Source: an uncultured virus (IMG/VR IMGVR_UViG_3300027582_000004) (Duplodnaviria > Heunggongvirae > Uroviricota > Caudoviricetes). Taken from it: a DNA stretch of 64,000 bases. The stretch lies in IMG/VR virus record IMGVR_UViG_3300027582_000004; one strand, written 5' to 3'. Shown piece by piece: positions 10,273-20,379 of this stretch. Made by a program: the position numbers and the translations under genes. Under the pieces are notes generated by a model. It was not told where the DNA came from. It searched no databases and saw only the letters and a program-made list of their open reading frames with translations. Each line of letters begins with the position of its first letter. Position 1 is the first letter of the stretch.

Positions 10273-10661
10273 TGGGTAATTTATCCAGAGATAGTTTAGA
10301 TAGTTACATGCAAACTTATGCAGGTGCAAGGCTCCGTACATTTGATAAAACTATTAGTATAACTACAACCGTGTATATGGGTTTGGATACTGGCGTAGGG
10401 TTAGGTCAAACTACATCTAATTCTACTAACCATAGGTTTGAATATACTGGAGCTGCTAATAGCTTATTCGATAACTACATTGATGGTGGCGTGAGCGCAG
10501 GATCAAGAATTTATTCACAGGATATTGTAGACACATTAGAGGATGGAGTGAGAAGAACAGTCGATCTAATTGAAGGACGAATGACAGATAGGTCTATATC
10601 TGCTGTATTATGCCATACAAGTTGCCACACAAGCTGCCATTCATCGAGAGGAAGACGCTAA
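10272..10661 (+). CDS. Putative radical SAM substrate/precursor B, 129 aa, C-terminus CHTSCHTSCHSSRGRR
   Basis: Shares LRTFDKT, RFEYTGAANSL, GSR.YSQ, RTVD.IEGR.T.RSI..VLCH with precursor A. Confidence 0.7.
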   Translation: MGNLSRDSLDSYMQTYAGARLRTFDKTISITTTVYMGLDTGVGLGQTTSNSTNHRFEYTGAANSLFDNYIDGGVSAGSRIYSQDIVDTLEDGVRRTVDLIEGRMTDRSISAVLCHTSCHTSCHSSRGRR

Positions 10662-11839
10662 TGACTATGCAAAAATCATATTGTAAACAGATGAGATATT
10701 CTGGACCGGAAAGTCTGGCACCATCTGATGCAACTAAGTTTGATGTATTAATCCAAATGGAAGTATTGTCTGGATGTGAGCAAGGGTGTCTTGGGTGTTT
10801 TGTTGATAAAGCTATTGATCCAGAAGTAAATCAACAAATTATTGATCGAGCTAAAGAATTGGCTGATGGAGTAAAACGAGTAGGAGGTAACCTAAGAGAA
10901 TTTGTTATTGGACCTACTGATTTATTCTCAGCAAAAAATACAAAAGACATCTTAACTAATCCTACTGTACAAGCTATAATGAGAGAACATACAGGAGCAC
11001 GTATTGCTTCTCCTGCTAAGTTTGATAAAGCCTCTATGGAGAAAGTAAGAGAAATATTTGCTATACTAGACGACCTTGATGCATATAGACGTGATATGGT
11101 TATCGAGTTTATTATGCCTGTCGGTCGTATTAATGAGATGTTAGACGACGATGAGTATTATAACTCTGTCATGGAAAAGGTTGAGTTCTTTAAAAACGAG
11201 ACTCCTAAAATGATGGATTGGTCTTGGACTCTACAAGCTTCTAATGTAGTAGGAAAGCAAATAGATAAAGAAAAATATAATAGGATGATTCGACGTTCTT
11301 ATAATGATTATGGAACAATCGTAGAGATGAATCCAGCATTTGCAAGAGCGCCTAATCAGATCATTCAACGTAATAACTTATTTGCTTGGAATAGATTTTT
11401 AGAATCAGTTATCGATGATGAAAATAGTAAAGAGGCTGTTATGTCAATGGCAAATCTTTACTGTAATTCAATTAACTTTGTTGGTATAACTATTGTGCCA
11501 GGAGAACATGGACCTACTACTCATCTAAATGTTATGTTGCACGAACAAGCATTCTTCTTATCTAATAAGAACCTAGATGTAACCGGATTATCTTTTGAAG
11601 AAATCTTACAGCGTAAGAATGAATTGATTACAAAAGGTATAAATAGATCCAGTAAGGTAAAAGATTGCTCTGATTGTAAATTTGCTATCGCATGTGCTAA
11701 TAGATTGGTATTTGAAGCACAAGAAAGTTTAAACATAGACGGGTGTGTACTACCTAAAGAAATCTTGAAGCATTATAATCCATTTGATTTCACCTGGAAT
11801 GATGATGCAACTCAATATAAAATGAAAGACGGAGCGTAA
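10661..11839 (+). CDS. Radical SAM protein 1 (atypical IGPTD clade)
   Basis: CEQGCLGC (CxxxCxxC); IGPTDLF; C-terminal CSDC-x5-C...C. Start moved from 10610 to the ATG overlapping the upstream TAA. Confidence 0.8.
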   Translation: MTMQKSYCKQMRYSGPESLAPSDATKFDVLIQMEVLSGCEQGCLGCFVDKAIDPEVNQQIIDRAKELADGVKRVGGNLREFVIGPTDLFSAKNTKDILTNPTVQAIMREHTGARIASPAKFDKASMEKVREIFAILDDLDAYRRDMVIEFIMPVGRINEMLDDDEYYNSVMEKVEFFKNETPKMMDWSWTLQASNVVGKQIDKEKYNRMIRRSYNDYGTIVEMNPAFARAPNQIIQRNNLFAWNRFLESVIDDENSKEAVMSMANLYCNSINFVGITIVPGEHGPTTHLNVMLHEQAFFLSNKNLDVTGLSFEEILQRKNELITKGINRSSKVKDCSDCKFAIACANRLVFEAQESLNIDGCVLPKEILKHYNPFDFTWNDDATQYKMKDGA

Positions 11840-11841
11840 CT

Positions 11842-12945
11842 ATGATAGGTCAAAATCTTTATTACTTAAATAACACTAAGTATATCTCAACAATAGATAA
11901 CCTAGGTACTGTATGTGGTGAGTTAAATTCATATTATCATACAGGAACTCCTAGAGACATTATCATTGTTAGATCATCTATGGGCGGCTTTCTGGTTGAA
12001 GGTCAATATAATATTATTGCTGAAGGTACAAGAGCAGGTGCTTCTGAGTATCTTTCTTTCATGGACTTTGATGATGTAGATGATATAGACTTTATACAGA
12101 ACAGTGATAAACGTATTATCTTATTCGCAACATCAGGTGATATGATCAAAGTATTTTCAAGATATACTCATGGTTTGTTAACAGCTTCTGGTTTCTATGA
12201 TTCAAGCACTAACATCACAAGCATGGTTGGATCATTTCTTGAGAAAATATTCTCTATGGATACTATGCTAACTATATTAATGAATAGTAATGATCTGAAT
12301 GATGTATCCAATTATGTCGATACACTATTCTCTACAGACTCAGGTGGCGGAGCAGTAACTCCTTATACAGTAGTTTATCAAAATGGTAAGAACTTTAGTT
12401 ATGATCTTTTATTCTGGTTAAATGATTATCATAGAAATGCTTCTGTACAATCACTTATTAAAGAAAAGTTTACGGTACACCAATCTACTATGGCTCAAGA
12501 TGTAATGGAACACTTTACATCAAGACGCCACTATTTGGCATATATTCTTTCTGTTATTGATTGGATGAATGCCAACACAGCACGTAATGCTCAATATGCT
12601 ACAGATAAGACAGCCTTTATTCAAGACTGTTATATCACTAAAGCAAACACTGGTAACTACACCGCAGCCTTTTATCTGTTAGAAGAATTGTGGAATAAAG
12701 TTAAAGCAGACACTGCATTCATTGCCGCACACCAAGATAAGGCAGATAGTGATGCAGATGGTTGGGAATATATGGATCTCTATACAGAGTTTAAAAACGT
12801 ATTTCCTATTGTTCGTAAAGTATTGCAAAATGACTTTGATATGGACAACTTAACAGCTGATCTTAAATTAATTAATACAGATGTTCAGTTTTTCTCTAAA
12901 AGACAGAATCGTATTCCTTATCTTATTCACAAATATCCACTGTAA
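11842..12945 (+). CDS. Hypothetical protein in rSAM cluster, 367 aa
   Basis: Long ORF with GGAG RBS; no recognisable motif. Confidence 0.7.
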   Translation: MIGQNLYYLNNTKYISTIDNLGTVCGELNSYYHTGTPRDIIIVRSSMGGFLVEGQYNIIAEGTRAGASEYLSFMDFDDVDDIDFIQNSDKRIILFATSGDMIKVFSRYTHGLLTASGFYDSSTNITSMVGSFLEKIFSMDTMLTILMNSNDLNDVSNYVDTLFSTDSGGGAVTPYTVVYQNGKNFSYDLLFWLNDYHRNASVQSLIKEKFTVHQSTMAQDVMEHFTSRRHYLAYILSVIDWMNANTARNAQYATDKTAFIQDCYITKANTGNYTAAFYLLEELWNKVKADTAFIAAHQDKADSDADGWEYMDLYTEFKNVFPIVRKVLQNDFDMDNLTADLKLINTDVQFFSKRQNRIPYLIHKYPL

Positions 12946-12959
12946 GAGGAAAATTTATT

Positions 12960-13715
12960 ATGACAACACCTGATATAAGCACTTGTTATGAGTTACCACT
13001 CTCTCCTCAACATCTTGTACAGATATACAAAGATAAAGCAACACTAGAGGATTATGTCCTTTGGGTTGATTATGCTAAAAGTAAAGAAAAACTATCTGCA
13101 CAGCATATCATAATCTATCTGGCTAATACAAACTTTAAGACAACATTTTCTGCTGTAGATGAAGACTTAATTCTGTCTTATATCAAATCAGATTTTATGG
13201 TTGACTGTCCTTTACTATCTAGGATTGTTGTTCTTATTATTAAGTTTTATTATAAACATGATATTACTAAACAAGAAAGCCAGTTGTTGTTTATGTTTCC
13301 TCCTAAACTCATATTTAAGTTTATAGAAGACCATAAAGAATTAGTGGAAGATTTAATTAAGTCTGTTGCTGCAGCAGTTCCTTTTGCTCTGTATAAACTG
13401 TATGAAGGTTTTGATGATGATATGAAAGCAAAGGAAGTTAACCTGGCTGAGCTTGTTAATGATATAACCATACACGATAAACCTGCTATTTGTGGCCCTA
13501 ACATAGCTAGGCTGCTCACTACAGGTTATGATGCTTTACTGTTAATACTTAATAGAGAAGGATTATTCAGAGAGTTTAATAAACAAACCTATAATGATTC
13601 TCCAAAATACTTTGGTAAAGACCTCTACCATATTCTGTGTGAAACTAATCTTACAAAGCAGATAATTGAGTTTTTTCCAGAAGACTTTCTATTGACCCAT
13701 GATAACGAAACTTAA
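12960..13715 (+). CDS. Hypothetical protein in rSAM cluster, 251 aa
   Basis: Long ORF with GAGG RBS; no recognisable motif. Confidence 0.7.
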   Translation: MTTPDISTCYELPLSPQHLVQIYKDKATLEDYVLWVDYAKSKEKLSAQHIIIYLANTNFKTTFSAVDEDLILSYIKSDFMVDCPLLSRIVVLIIKFYYKHDITKQESQLLFMFPPKLIFKFIEDHKELVEDLIKSVAAAVPFALYKLYEGFDDDMKAKEVNLAELVNDITIHDKPAICGPNIARLLTTGYDALLLILNREGLFREFNKQTYNDSPKYFGKDLYHILCETNLTKQIIEFFPEDFLLTHDNET

Positions 13716-14721
13716 TAGTACATATGCTGGTTATTATAAGTATGATGAAGAAAAATCTCCAACCAACATAGATTTTTTAAGAACAGAAATTAATCTGGAC
13801 ATTCTACATGGTTGTAGTCAAATGTGCCCAGGTTGTTTTATTCCTAGAAAGAATTTAACCAAAGCAGATAACTTAGAAACACTTTATAATCTATTAATTG
13901 AAGGGGCTTATCACCCTGACGAAATTACTATTGGTCCAACAGACATCTTTGATGCAGAGAACTTTAGTGAGATTATGAATCACCCATATATGGAAAAACT
14001 ATATGGTATATCTGGTGTAGGATTTACATCAACTCTATTACAACCATATTCTGAAGTTAAAGAAAAACTTGCAAAGATATGGTCGTTATATAAAAATATA
14101 CATCGTGTACCTGATATTGATTTTAAGATAGTTTTAGATATAGATAAGTACCTTGACAATGATTTGGACGAGTGGTACAAGAACCTCGAGCTGTTCAAGT
14201 ATGGTTCTGTACAGTTTAGAGTAAACTATCATAAAGATGTGTTTAAAAGAATTGGCTATAATGATTTATGTCAAAAAGTATTTGATGACTTTAATGCACC
14301 AATTATTATTACACCATCATTCTTAACAGATAGAAATGCTCGTGGTAAAGTAGATCAGCATCTTGCTAACTTTAGACGTGATATGATAGAGCAAAAGATT
14401 GACGATAAGTGGCTAAATTTATATACATTCTTTGATGCTAAATTTAATGGCTATGGTTGCCAGAATTATAGTTTCTATAATAATAAACTTTATATCAATC
14501 CGTTTTTGTATGATGTAATTATACAAAGGACACCACAGTTTGAGACAACTATGGATAATAATACACTATATGATAATATAGATTATGCCCAACAAGTAGA
14601 TGACTGCAATGGTTGCCAATATATGATGAGTTGTGCTGAGCGTAATATACACCTTTATATGGAGTCACGAGGTTTAGAAAACTGTGTTGCCCTTAAAGAG
14701 TATATGTATGCCTCTCATTAA
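13699..14721 (+). CDS. Radical SAM protein 2 (IGPTD clade)
   Basis: CSQMCPGC; IGPTDIF; C-terminal CNGC-x5-C...C. Confidence 0.8.
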   Translation: MITKLNSTYAGYYKYDEEKSPTNIDFLRTEINLDILHGCSQMCPGCFIPRKNLTKADNLETLYNLLIEGAYHPDEITIGPTDIFDAENFSEIMNHPYMEKLYGISGVGFTSTLLQPYSEVKEKLAKIWSLYKNIHRVPDIDFKIVLDIDKYLDNDLDEWYKNLELFKYGSVQFRVNYHKDVFKRIGYNDLCQKVFDDFNAPIIITPSFLTDRNARGKVDQHLANFRRDMIEQKIDDKWLNLYTFFDAKFNGYGCQNYSFYNNKLYINPFLYDVIIQRTPQFETTMDNNTLYDNIDYAQQVDDCNGCQYMMSCAERNIHLYMESRGLENCVALKEYMYASH

Positions 14722-15871
14722 GAACAATTTATATTACGAACTTACCACAGAGACACAGACAAAGCCAGTATCTGCAGTAAAGATACAGCTTGATGTATTA
14801 GATGGTTGCCATCATAAGTGCCCTGGTTGTTTTGTACATCGCAGAGGTAATGCTAGTGATGAGCATCAGTTAGATAAAGCAAAAGACTTTATAAGAAGCA
14901 TTACAGATCAAGGGATCTTGGTTGATGAGATGCTTATTGGTCCGACTGACTTTCTTGCATCAGAAAACTTCTATGAAGTGATGCCACATCTTGAAGATAT
15001 TATCAACGAAAATAGCCCTATTCTTGCATTCGTATCTACTCTTATCGATGGTGACTTAGAAAGGTTTGTTAAATATATTAGCAATAATATTAATATAGAT
15101 ACTGAAATAGAAATAGGTATTGCTACTAACCCTTATAATTTCTTTTCTATACCATACCTTGAGAGAACTAAAAAGGCATTAGCATACCTTGATGAGAATT
15201 TAGAACACGAAATAACATACACATTTGTAATTAATATACGTGACTATAACTTAGACTATGCAGAACTTCATGCATATGCAATAGATAAGTTTGATACAAT
15301 CTTAGACTTTGTACCATCGGTATCTAGGTCCCATAAAGCACATATCATACTTGCAACATTGGATAAGTTTAATGAATATTTTAATGTATTAAGTAGAGAT
15401 AGCACTCTTAATAATATAATGATAGACCATTCACACGCTGGTATGAATTATACAGTTCTTAACTATAAGAAAGGCGAATGGTACCTAAGCCCCTTTATGT
15501 ATGAAAATATGGCAATCTATGACGATATGTTTAAAGTAGATAGCCTTGCAGATGCTACCAGAATAACAGAAGAACAAATAGAAAGAGCAAAGGGTACCGA
15601 ATGTGAAGAGTGTCCTATGTTCTTCTCTTGCTATAATAGAAAGATTATATCACTTAGGGATTATCTTGGTGTAGATAGATGTATTGCTCCTAAAGAGAAT
15701 ATGTTAAATAATATACATAACTATAATGGACCAGCTCAGACTATGTATGAGTGGGATGGATATTCTGTAGAGAATGACAAGAATGGTTATAGAAAGAAAT
15801 TTTTAGTAACCAAAGATGATGACCCAGAATTAGAAAGATTAAGGAATATTTCATATGTTAGTAAAACCTAA
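14708..15871 (+). CDS. Radical SAM protein 3 (IGPTD clade)
   Basis: CHHKCPGC; IGPTDFL; C-terminal CEEC-x5-C...C; probable start ATG at 14708. Confidence 0.8.
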   Translation: MPLIKNNLYYELTTETQTKPVSAVKIQLDVLDGCHHKCPGCFVHRRGNASDEHQLDKAKDFIRSITDQGILVDEMLIGPTDFLASENFYEVMPHLEDIINENSPILAFVSTLIDGDLERFVKYISNNINIDTEIEIGIATNPYNFFSIPYLERTKKALAYLDENLEHEITYTFVINIRDYNLDYAELHAYAIDKFDTILDFVPSVSRSHKAHIILATLDKFNEYFNVLSRDSTLNNIMIDHSHAGMNYTVLNYKKGEWYLSPFMYENMAIYDDMFKVDSLADATRITEEQIERAKGTECEECPMFFSCYNRKIISLRDYLGVDRCIAPKENMLNNIHNYNGPAQTMYEWDGYSVENDKNGYRKKFLVTKDDDPELERLRNISYVSKT

Positions 15872-16049
15872 GCGAGTGATGATCGACCCACCTAACGGAT
15901 GGCGATACGGCTTTCCTAAGATGCTACCTTTAATTCCAAAAGAAGGTAAGAATTTTAAATTAAAAGATTGGTTAATTCAAGAGGGTTATCCACCACACGA
16001 AATAATGGACAATCCCAACTTTGCTTGTAGGATGTGGGAAACCGAATAA
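15855..16049 (+). CDS. Small hypothetical protein, 64 aa
   Basis: Fills the gap between two rSAM genes with overlapping stop/start; contains DPPNGWRYGFPK. Confidence 0.6.
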   Translation: MLVKPKRVMIDPPNGWRYGFPKMLPLIPKEGKNFKLKDWLIQEGYPPHEIMDNPNFACRMWETE

Positions 16050-17203
16050 TGTTAACTGATGAATGGAAAAATATTGTAACCAAAGGCCACAGGCTTGAGG
16101 AGTTTACTTCTGTATCTTCCATGACTCAATATAAAATACAAGTGAATCTTGAAATACTTGAGGGCTGTTCTTATATGTGCCCTGGTTGTTTTGTTAAACG
16201 TAAAGGTAATTGGAATCCAAACTCAATCGCAACGTTTCATTCCTTGGCGTATGAACTAAAAGATAGAGATGATATTGTACTAGACGATATAGTAATTGGT
16301 CCAACTGATTTCTATGGCGCACAGAACTTAGAAGAAATTATTAATAATCAAAGACTTGCTGATGCTATATCAATGATACCTAAGGATAATAGAAACATTC
16401 AGCATAACTGTTCTATACTTGGATCATTATCTGAAAAGGATATTGAGGGTAAGATAAAAGCTATTGAAAATTCGCCACTGGGTAAAGCCGTTGAAGCATG
16501 GGATGTGCAAATTGCTTTAGATTTAAATAGACTAATGAATGATCAAAAATACCTAGACGCACTTGATAAAAGGGTCAATACTTTTAAGAATAGTTCCTTA
16601 AACTTTGAGATTAGTATGGCCACTAATATTGTACAAGGCGTAGAGGATATAATATATGAAGCTATAGAATTTGTTAGAACTAGGTATGAAACTGTTATTG
16701 AAGTATTGCCATCAGTAGTACGTTCGTTTAACCACAGCGCAAAGCATGGTAACAAACTATTTGAATGGAATGAAATGCTTAGTAAACTATCAATAGATAC
16801 AAAAAGGTTTAAAGAAAAGTTTCATTTCTTGCAAGGTGATGTATCACATAAAGTATTCCATTATGCTGTACTGAGCATATATCATGGTGATATGTATTTG
16901 TCTCCGTTTGTATATGAGAATGCTCAAATACACACAGATGATTTTAAAGTTGATAATGGTTGGCTTTGGTTACCAGATGCTGATATATCAGATTATATAT
17001 TAAACAAGAAGAATGAAATTGTACAGAGACAGATTAAAGAAAGCTCTGATAAAGAATGTGGTTCTTGTAAGTATTTAAATATATGTGCAAACAGAATGGT
17101 TCCAATGATTATGGATACAGTATTCAAAGGAAGAAAAGAATGTATTCTTAATAAAGAAGTTATAGAACTATTTGATGATGAGATATATCGTGGGTGTAGT
17201 TAA
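16049..17203 (+). CDS. Radical SAM protein 4 (IGPTD clade)
   Basis: CSYMCPGC; IGPTDFY; C-terminal CGSC-x5-C...C; TAATG-coupled start at 16049. Confidence 0.8.
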   Translation: MLTDEWKNIVTKGHRLEEFTSVSSMTQYKIQVNLEILEGCSYMCPGCFVKRKGNWNPNSIATFHSLAYELKDRDDIVLDDIVIGPTDFYGAQNLEEIINNQRLADAISMIPKDNRNIQHNCSILGSLSEKDIEGKIKAIENSPLGKAVEAWDVQIALDLNRLMNDQKYLDALDKRVNTFKNSSLNFEISMATNIVQGVEDIIYEAIEFVRTRYETVIEVLPSVVRSFNHSAKHGNKLFEWNEMLSKLSIDTKRFKEKFHFLQGDVSHKVFHYAVLSIYHGDMYLSPFVYENAQIHTDDFKVDNGWLWLPDADISDYILNKKNEIVQRQIKESSDKECGSCKYLNICANRMVPMIMDTVFKGRKECILNKEVIELFDDEIYRGCS

Positions 17204-18305
17204 GGATAATAGACAACAGGCTGTAAACTATCACAAAGACTTTGATGTGGGAGTTGGAGACGGGCACGAGATAAAAGTCCTATTTAATTGTGAGATATTA
17301 TCTGGCTGTGAGTTTAAGTGCAAAGGGTGTTTTGTAAATAAAGCTGGTAGTAATATCGGATCTTTTGATAGATTAAATAATGCTATTGATTTATTTAATA
17401 CCAATGGATACAGAGTATCTACTATTAATATAGGACCTTCTGACCTATTTGGTAATAACAATATTAAACAGCTATTAAATGATAGCGTATTCAGAGAAGC
17501 GTTATCGAAGTGCTCCACCATAGAATTTGCTACAACGTTGGAGAATGTTGACGAGGAAGTAATAGAGTTACTTAACACCATACCTAAGATAGACGGGTTT
17601 ATGTATGACATAAATGTTATAATAGATCCATATAAATTTGTTGATAATAATCAGTATAGGTCTTGGTTAAAGGAAGCTATTAATAAAATAAACTTATTTA
17701 CTCACGATGCTGATTATCATATACAAATGAATATGGGTAATGATGATAAGATTAATAAACGTATTGTGGAAATGTGTTACATAGTAGAGGATGAGTTTGA
17801 TTCTATATTCATACTTAACCCTAGTTTCTTTAGAGCCAGAAAGAGTAAAACTCATAAGCAGCTTATAGAGAAATGGAGTAAGACTCTAAAAGAAGAATGG
17901 ACTGATAATCATACTGAAGTCTTTCCTCTTACTATAGCTGATCAAGCACAAGGAGGTTCTTTAGAACTTAACTTCACATACTGTAATGAGAACTTTTTCT
18001 GGACACCGTTTGTATATAATATTGTTATGATTGGTACAGACGAGTATAAAGTACAAGATGAAAATGATATCAATTCTTGGACACAAGTTAAAGAAAATCA
18101 ATTCTTAAAACAATTAACATATTCAAATCAGACTAGCGAATGTAGTGGATGTGATAATATACTTACATGTATTGATAAAGGTGTTTTAAGTTATATGGAA
18201 CATCATATGCTAACCGATTGTGTATATCCATCTAAAAATCTAAAGAGTGTATCTAATAATAAAAAAGTTTCTTTAACGACTGGGTTTGAATTTAAGGCAA
18301 ACTAA
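17190..18305 (+). CDS. Radical SAM protein 5 (IGPTD clade)
   Basis: CEFKCKGC; IGPSDLF; C-terminal CSGC-x5-C...C. GTG start at 17190 inferred because MGVVKDN aligns with the paralog's MGIITNN. Confidence 0.8.
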   Translation: MGVVKDNRQQAVNYHKDFDVGVGDGHEIKVLFNCEILSGCEFKCKGCFVNKAGSNIGSFDRLNNAIDLFNTNGYRVSTINIGPSDLFGNNNIKQLLNDSVFREALSKCSTIEFATTLENVDEEVIELLNTIPKIDGFMYDINVIIDPYKFVDNNQYRSWLKEAINKINLFTHDADYHIQMNMGNDDKINKRIVEMCYIVEDEFDSIFILNPSFFRARKSKTHKQLIEKWSKTLKEEWTDNHTEVFPLTIADQAQGGSLELNFTYCNENFFWTPFVYNIVMIGTDEYKVQDENDINSWTQVKENQFLKQLTYSNQTSECSGCDNILTCIDKGVLSYMEHHMLTDCVYPSKNLKSVSNNKKVSLTTGFEFKAN

Positions 18306-19321
18306 TGGGTATTATAACTAATAATAAATCAGCAGCACAGGCTGACAAAGACTTTGACCTAACCTTTAGAAAAGGTCATGAAGTTAAAGTACAGTTTAAT
18401 TGTGAGATATTATCTGGCTGTGAATTTAAATGTAAGGGTTGCTTTGTAAATAAATTAGGAAGTAATGTAGGTGAATTTGATAAACTAAATGATGCCATTG
18501 ACTTATTTAATAATGAAGGTTATAGAGTATCAACAATTAATATTGGTCCTACTGACCTGTTTGGTAATAACAATATAATTACTTTACTACAAAATGAAAC
18601 CTTTGTAAAGTGTTTATCGAAAGTTTCTACTATACAATTTGTTACTACTCTTGAGAATATTAATTACCAAGTTATTAAACTTCTGAACGATATTCCTAAG
18701 AAAGATGGTTTTATGTATGACTGTAATATTGCTTTACAGCCACCTGTAGACTGGGATAGGATGGAGGAAAGATTAGAGTTATTAAACGACTTTAAAGATG
18801 ATCTAAATTATTATTTTGTCTATAATATGGGTAACGATGATGAGTATAACAGTGAAGTATTGGCTATGAACTACCTAGCAGACCTTCGCTTTGATACTAT
18901 AATACAACTTAATCCCTCATTCTTCCGTGCTAAGAAATCTAAAGTACAAAAGCATCTTATTGAGAAATGGAAAGGCTATGACTTTTCTGACGATCTATAC
19001 CCTAAAACAATTGTAGATAAAGCACAGGGCGGAAGTCTTGAACTTAACTATACGTTCTGTAATAATAGATTTTTCTGGACTCCATTTGTATACGACATTG
19101 CCTTAATCGGTACAGAGGAGTTTGAAGTAAAAGATGTAAATGATATAGACAGCTGGATAGTACCAAAGGATATACAGTTTACAAAGCAATTACGATATTC
19201 AAGTAAAGCGGATAACTGTTCTACTTGTTCTAATCTAATGACTTGTATTGATAAAGGTGTGCTATCTTATATGGAGCATCACTCACTTACAGCGTGTGTT
19301 TTTCCTGGAGTCTTTTCATAA
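18305..19321 (+). CDS. Radical SAM protein 6 (IGPTD clade; close paralog of protein 5)
   Basis: CEFKCKGC; IGPTDLF; C-terminal CSTC-x5-C...C. Confidence 0.8.
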   Translation: MGIITNNKSAAQADKDFDLTFRKGHEVKVQFNCEILSGCEFKCKGCFVNKLGSNVGEFDKLNDAIDLFNNEGYRVSTINIGPTDLFGNNNIITLLQNETFVKCLSKVSTIQFVTTLENINYQVIKLLNDIPKKDGFMYDCNIALQPPVDWDRMEERLELLNDFKDDLNYYFVYNMGNDDEYNSEVLAMNYLADLRFDTIIQLNPSFFRAKKSKVQKHLIEKWKGYDFSDDLYPKTIVDKAQGGSLELNYTFCNNRFFWTPFVYDIALIGTEEFEVKDVNDIDSWIVPKDIQFTKQLRYSSKADNCSTCSNLMTCIDKGVLSYMEHHSLTACVFPGVFS

Positions 19322-20379
19322 TTAAACCCTGTGATTAGATTTTGTCCAGTTTTATCCATATAGTTAAACCACATTCTCATAATACAATCTGGTAAATCTC
19401 TTTCACGGTTCTTCCAATCCCATTGTGTATAGCAACGGAATCCACATTTATTCCACCACTTACAAGACAGACAACCATTCTCGTCCATATATGCTTGCAT
19501 CATACCAGCATTATCTTTACGTTCATACTTTGTATTAAAGTCTCTCTGATCGTATCTATCCCACCTACAGTTTGATGTAGAGTTATCAGGAAAGATGGTA
19601 ACCTTATTAAGAGCCAAACAGTGCATATGATTACTCTCGTTATAGATCAGATCCTTAATAGGATTTATATCCGGATAGTTATGATATACAAACTTTAAGA
19701 ACTCAAGGTACTTACTATCAGATGGAATCATATAGTCATAACCACGATCTGGAATATAATCGTCAAAGTAGAAGTTATCAAACTTTTCATATAGGTAATG
19801 GAAATACTCATCATCATCTGCCATAAATTTCTCAATGGAGATAGTTGTTGCAACCATATTGATAGATGTAATATAATCTGCAAAGTGTTCTATGTTCTTA
19901 CCATAAGGTCCTTTGACTGGTCTACCATCAAAGTCATATGAGCAAATAATATAAGATGGTATATCTACAGCATTTAGATCATCAAGTAATTTCTGTACTC
20001 TATCTCTTTTACTGAACTGAAAAGAAGTAACCCAAACAACTTTAATATTTTGTTTATGTTCGTCAAACATTTTCTTAATAGCAACCAGAAAGTCGTAGTA
20101 CACTGGATAAGCCCATTCAGATATTCTATCTTGGAACAACTCACCACCTACCATGTTAATCTGAATAGTGTCTACTCGACCTTTCATCTTAATAACATGT
20201 TGCTCAACTAAATCTAATTTTGAGAATATTTCTTCACGTGATAAACCTACTGTAGATTTCTTATCGTGGTGACAAAAAGAACAGTTAAGATGACAATTTT
20301 CAAACAGCGTTAGTTCTATCTCAGCGATGTCTGGTCGCTTAGATTCAAGAAGCAGTTTGGTTGTGTCAAAGTTGTCCAA
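19279..20379 (-). CDS. Radical SAM protein 7 with SPASM-like C-terminus
   Basis: CHLNCSFC; VGGELF; CLSCKWWNKCGFRC. Confidence 0.85.
   Translation of the reverse strand: MDNFDTTKLLLESKRPDIAEIELTLFENCHLNCSFCHHDKKSTVGLSREEIFSKLDLVEQHVIKMKGRVDTIQINMVGGELFQDRISEWAYPVYYDFLVAIKKMFDEHKQNIKVVWVTSFQFSKRDRVQKLLDDLNAVDIPSYIICSYDFDGRPVKGPYGKNIEHFADYITSINMVATTISIEKFMADDDEYFHYLYEKFDNFYFDDYIPDRGYDYMIPSDSKYLEFLKFVYHNYPDINPIKDLIYNESNHMHCLALNKVTIFPDNSTSNCRWDRYDQRDFNTKYERKDNAGMMQAYMDENGCLSCKWWNKCGFRCYTQWDWKNRERDLPDCIMRMWFNYMDKTGQNLITGFNYEKTPGKTHAVSE

Noticed and set aside
10222..10661. CH motifs read as c-type haem attachment sites
   Set aside because: Spacing is CxxxCH in overlapping 4-residue units, not CxxCH; no signal peptide or cytochrome c maturation genes.
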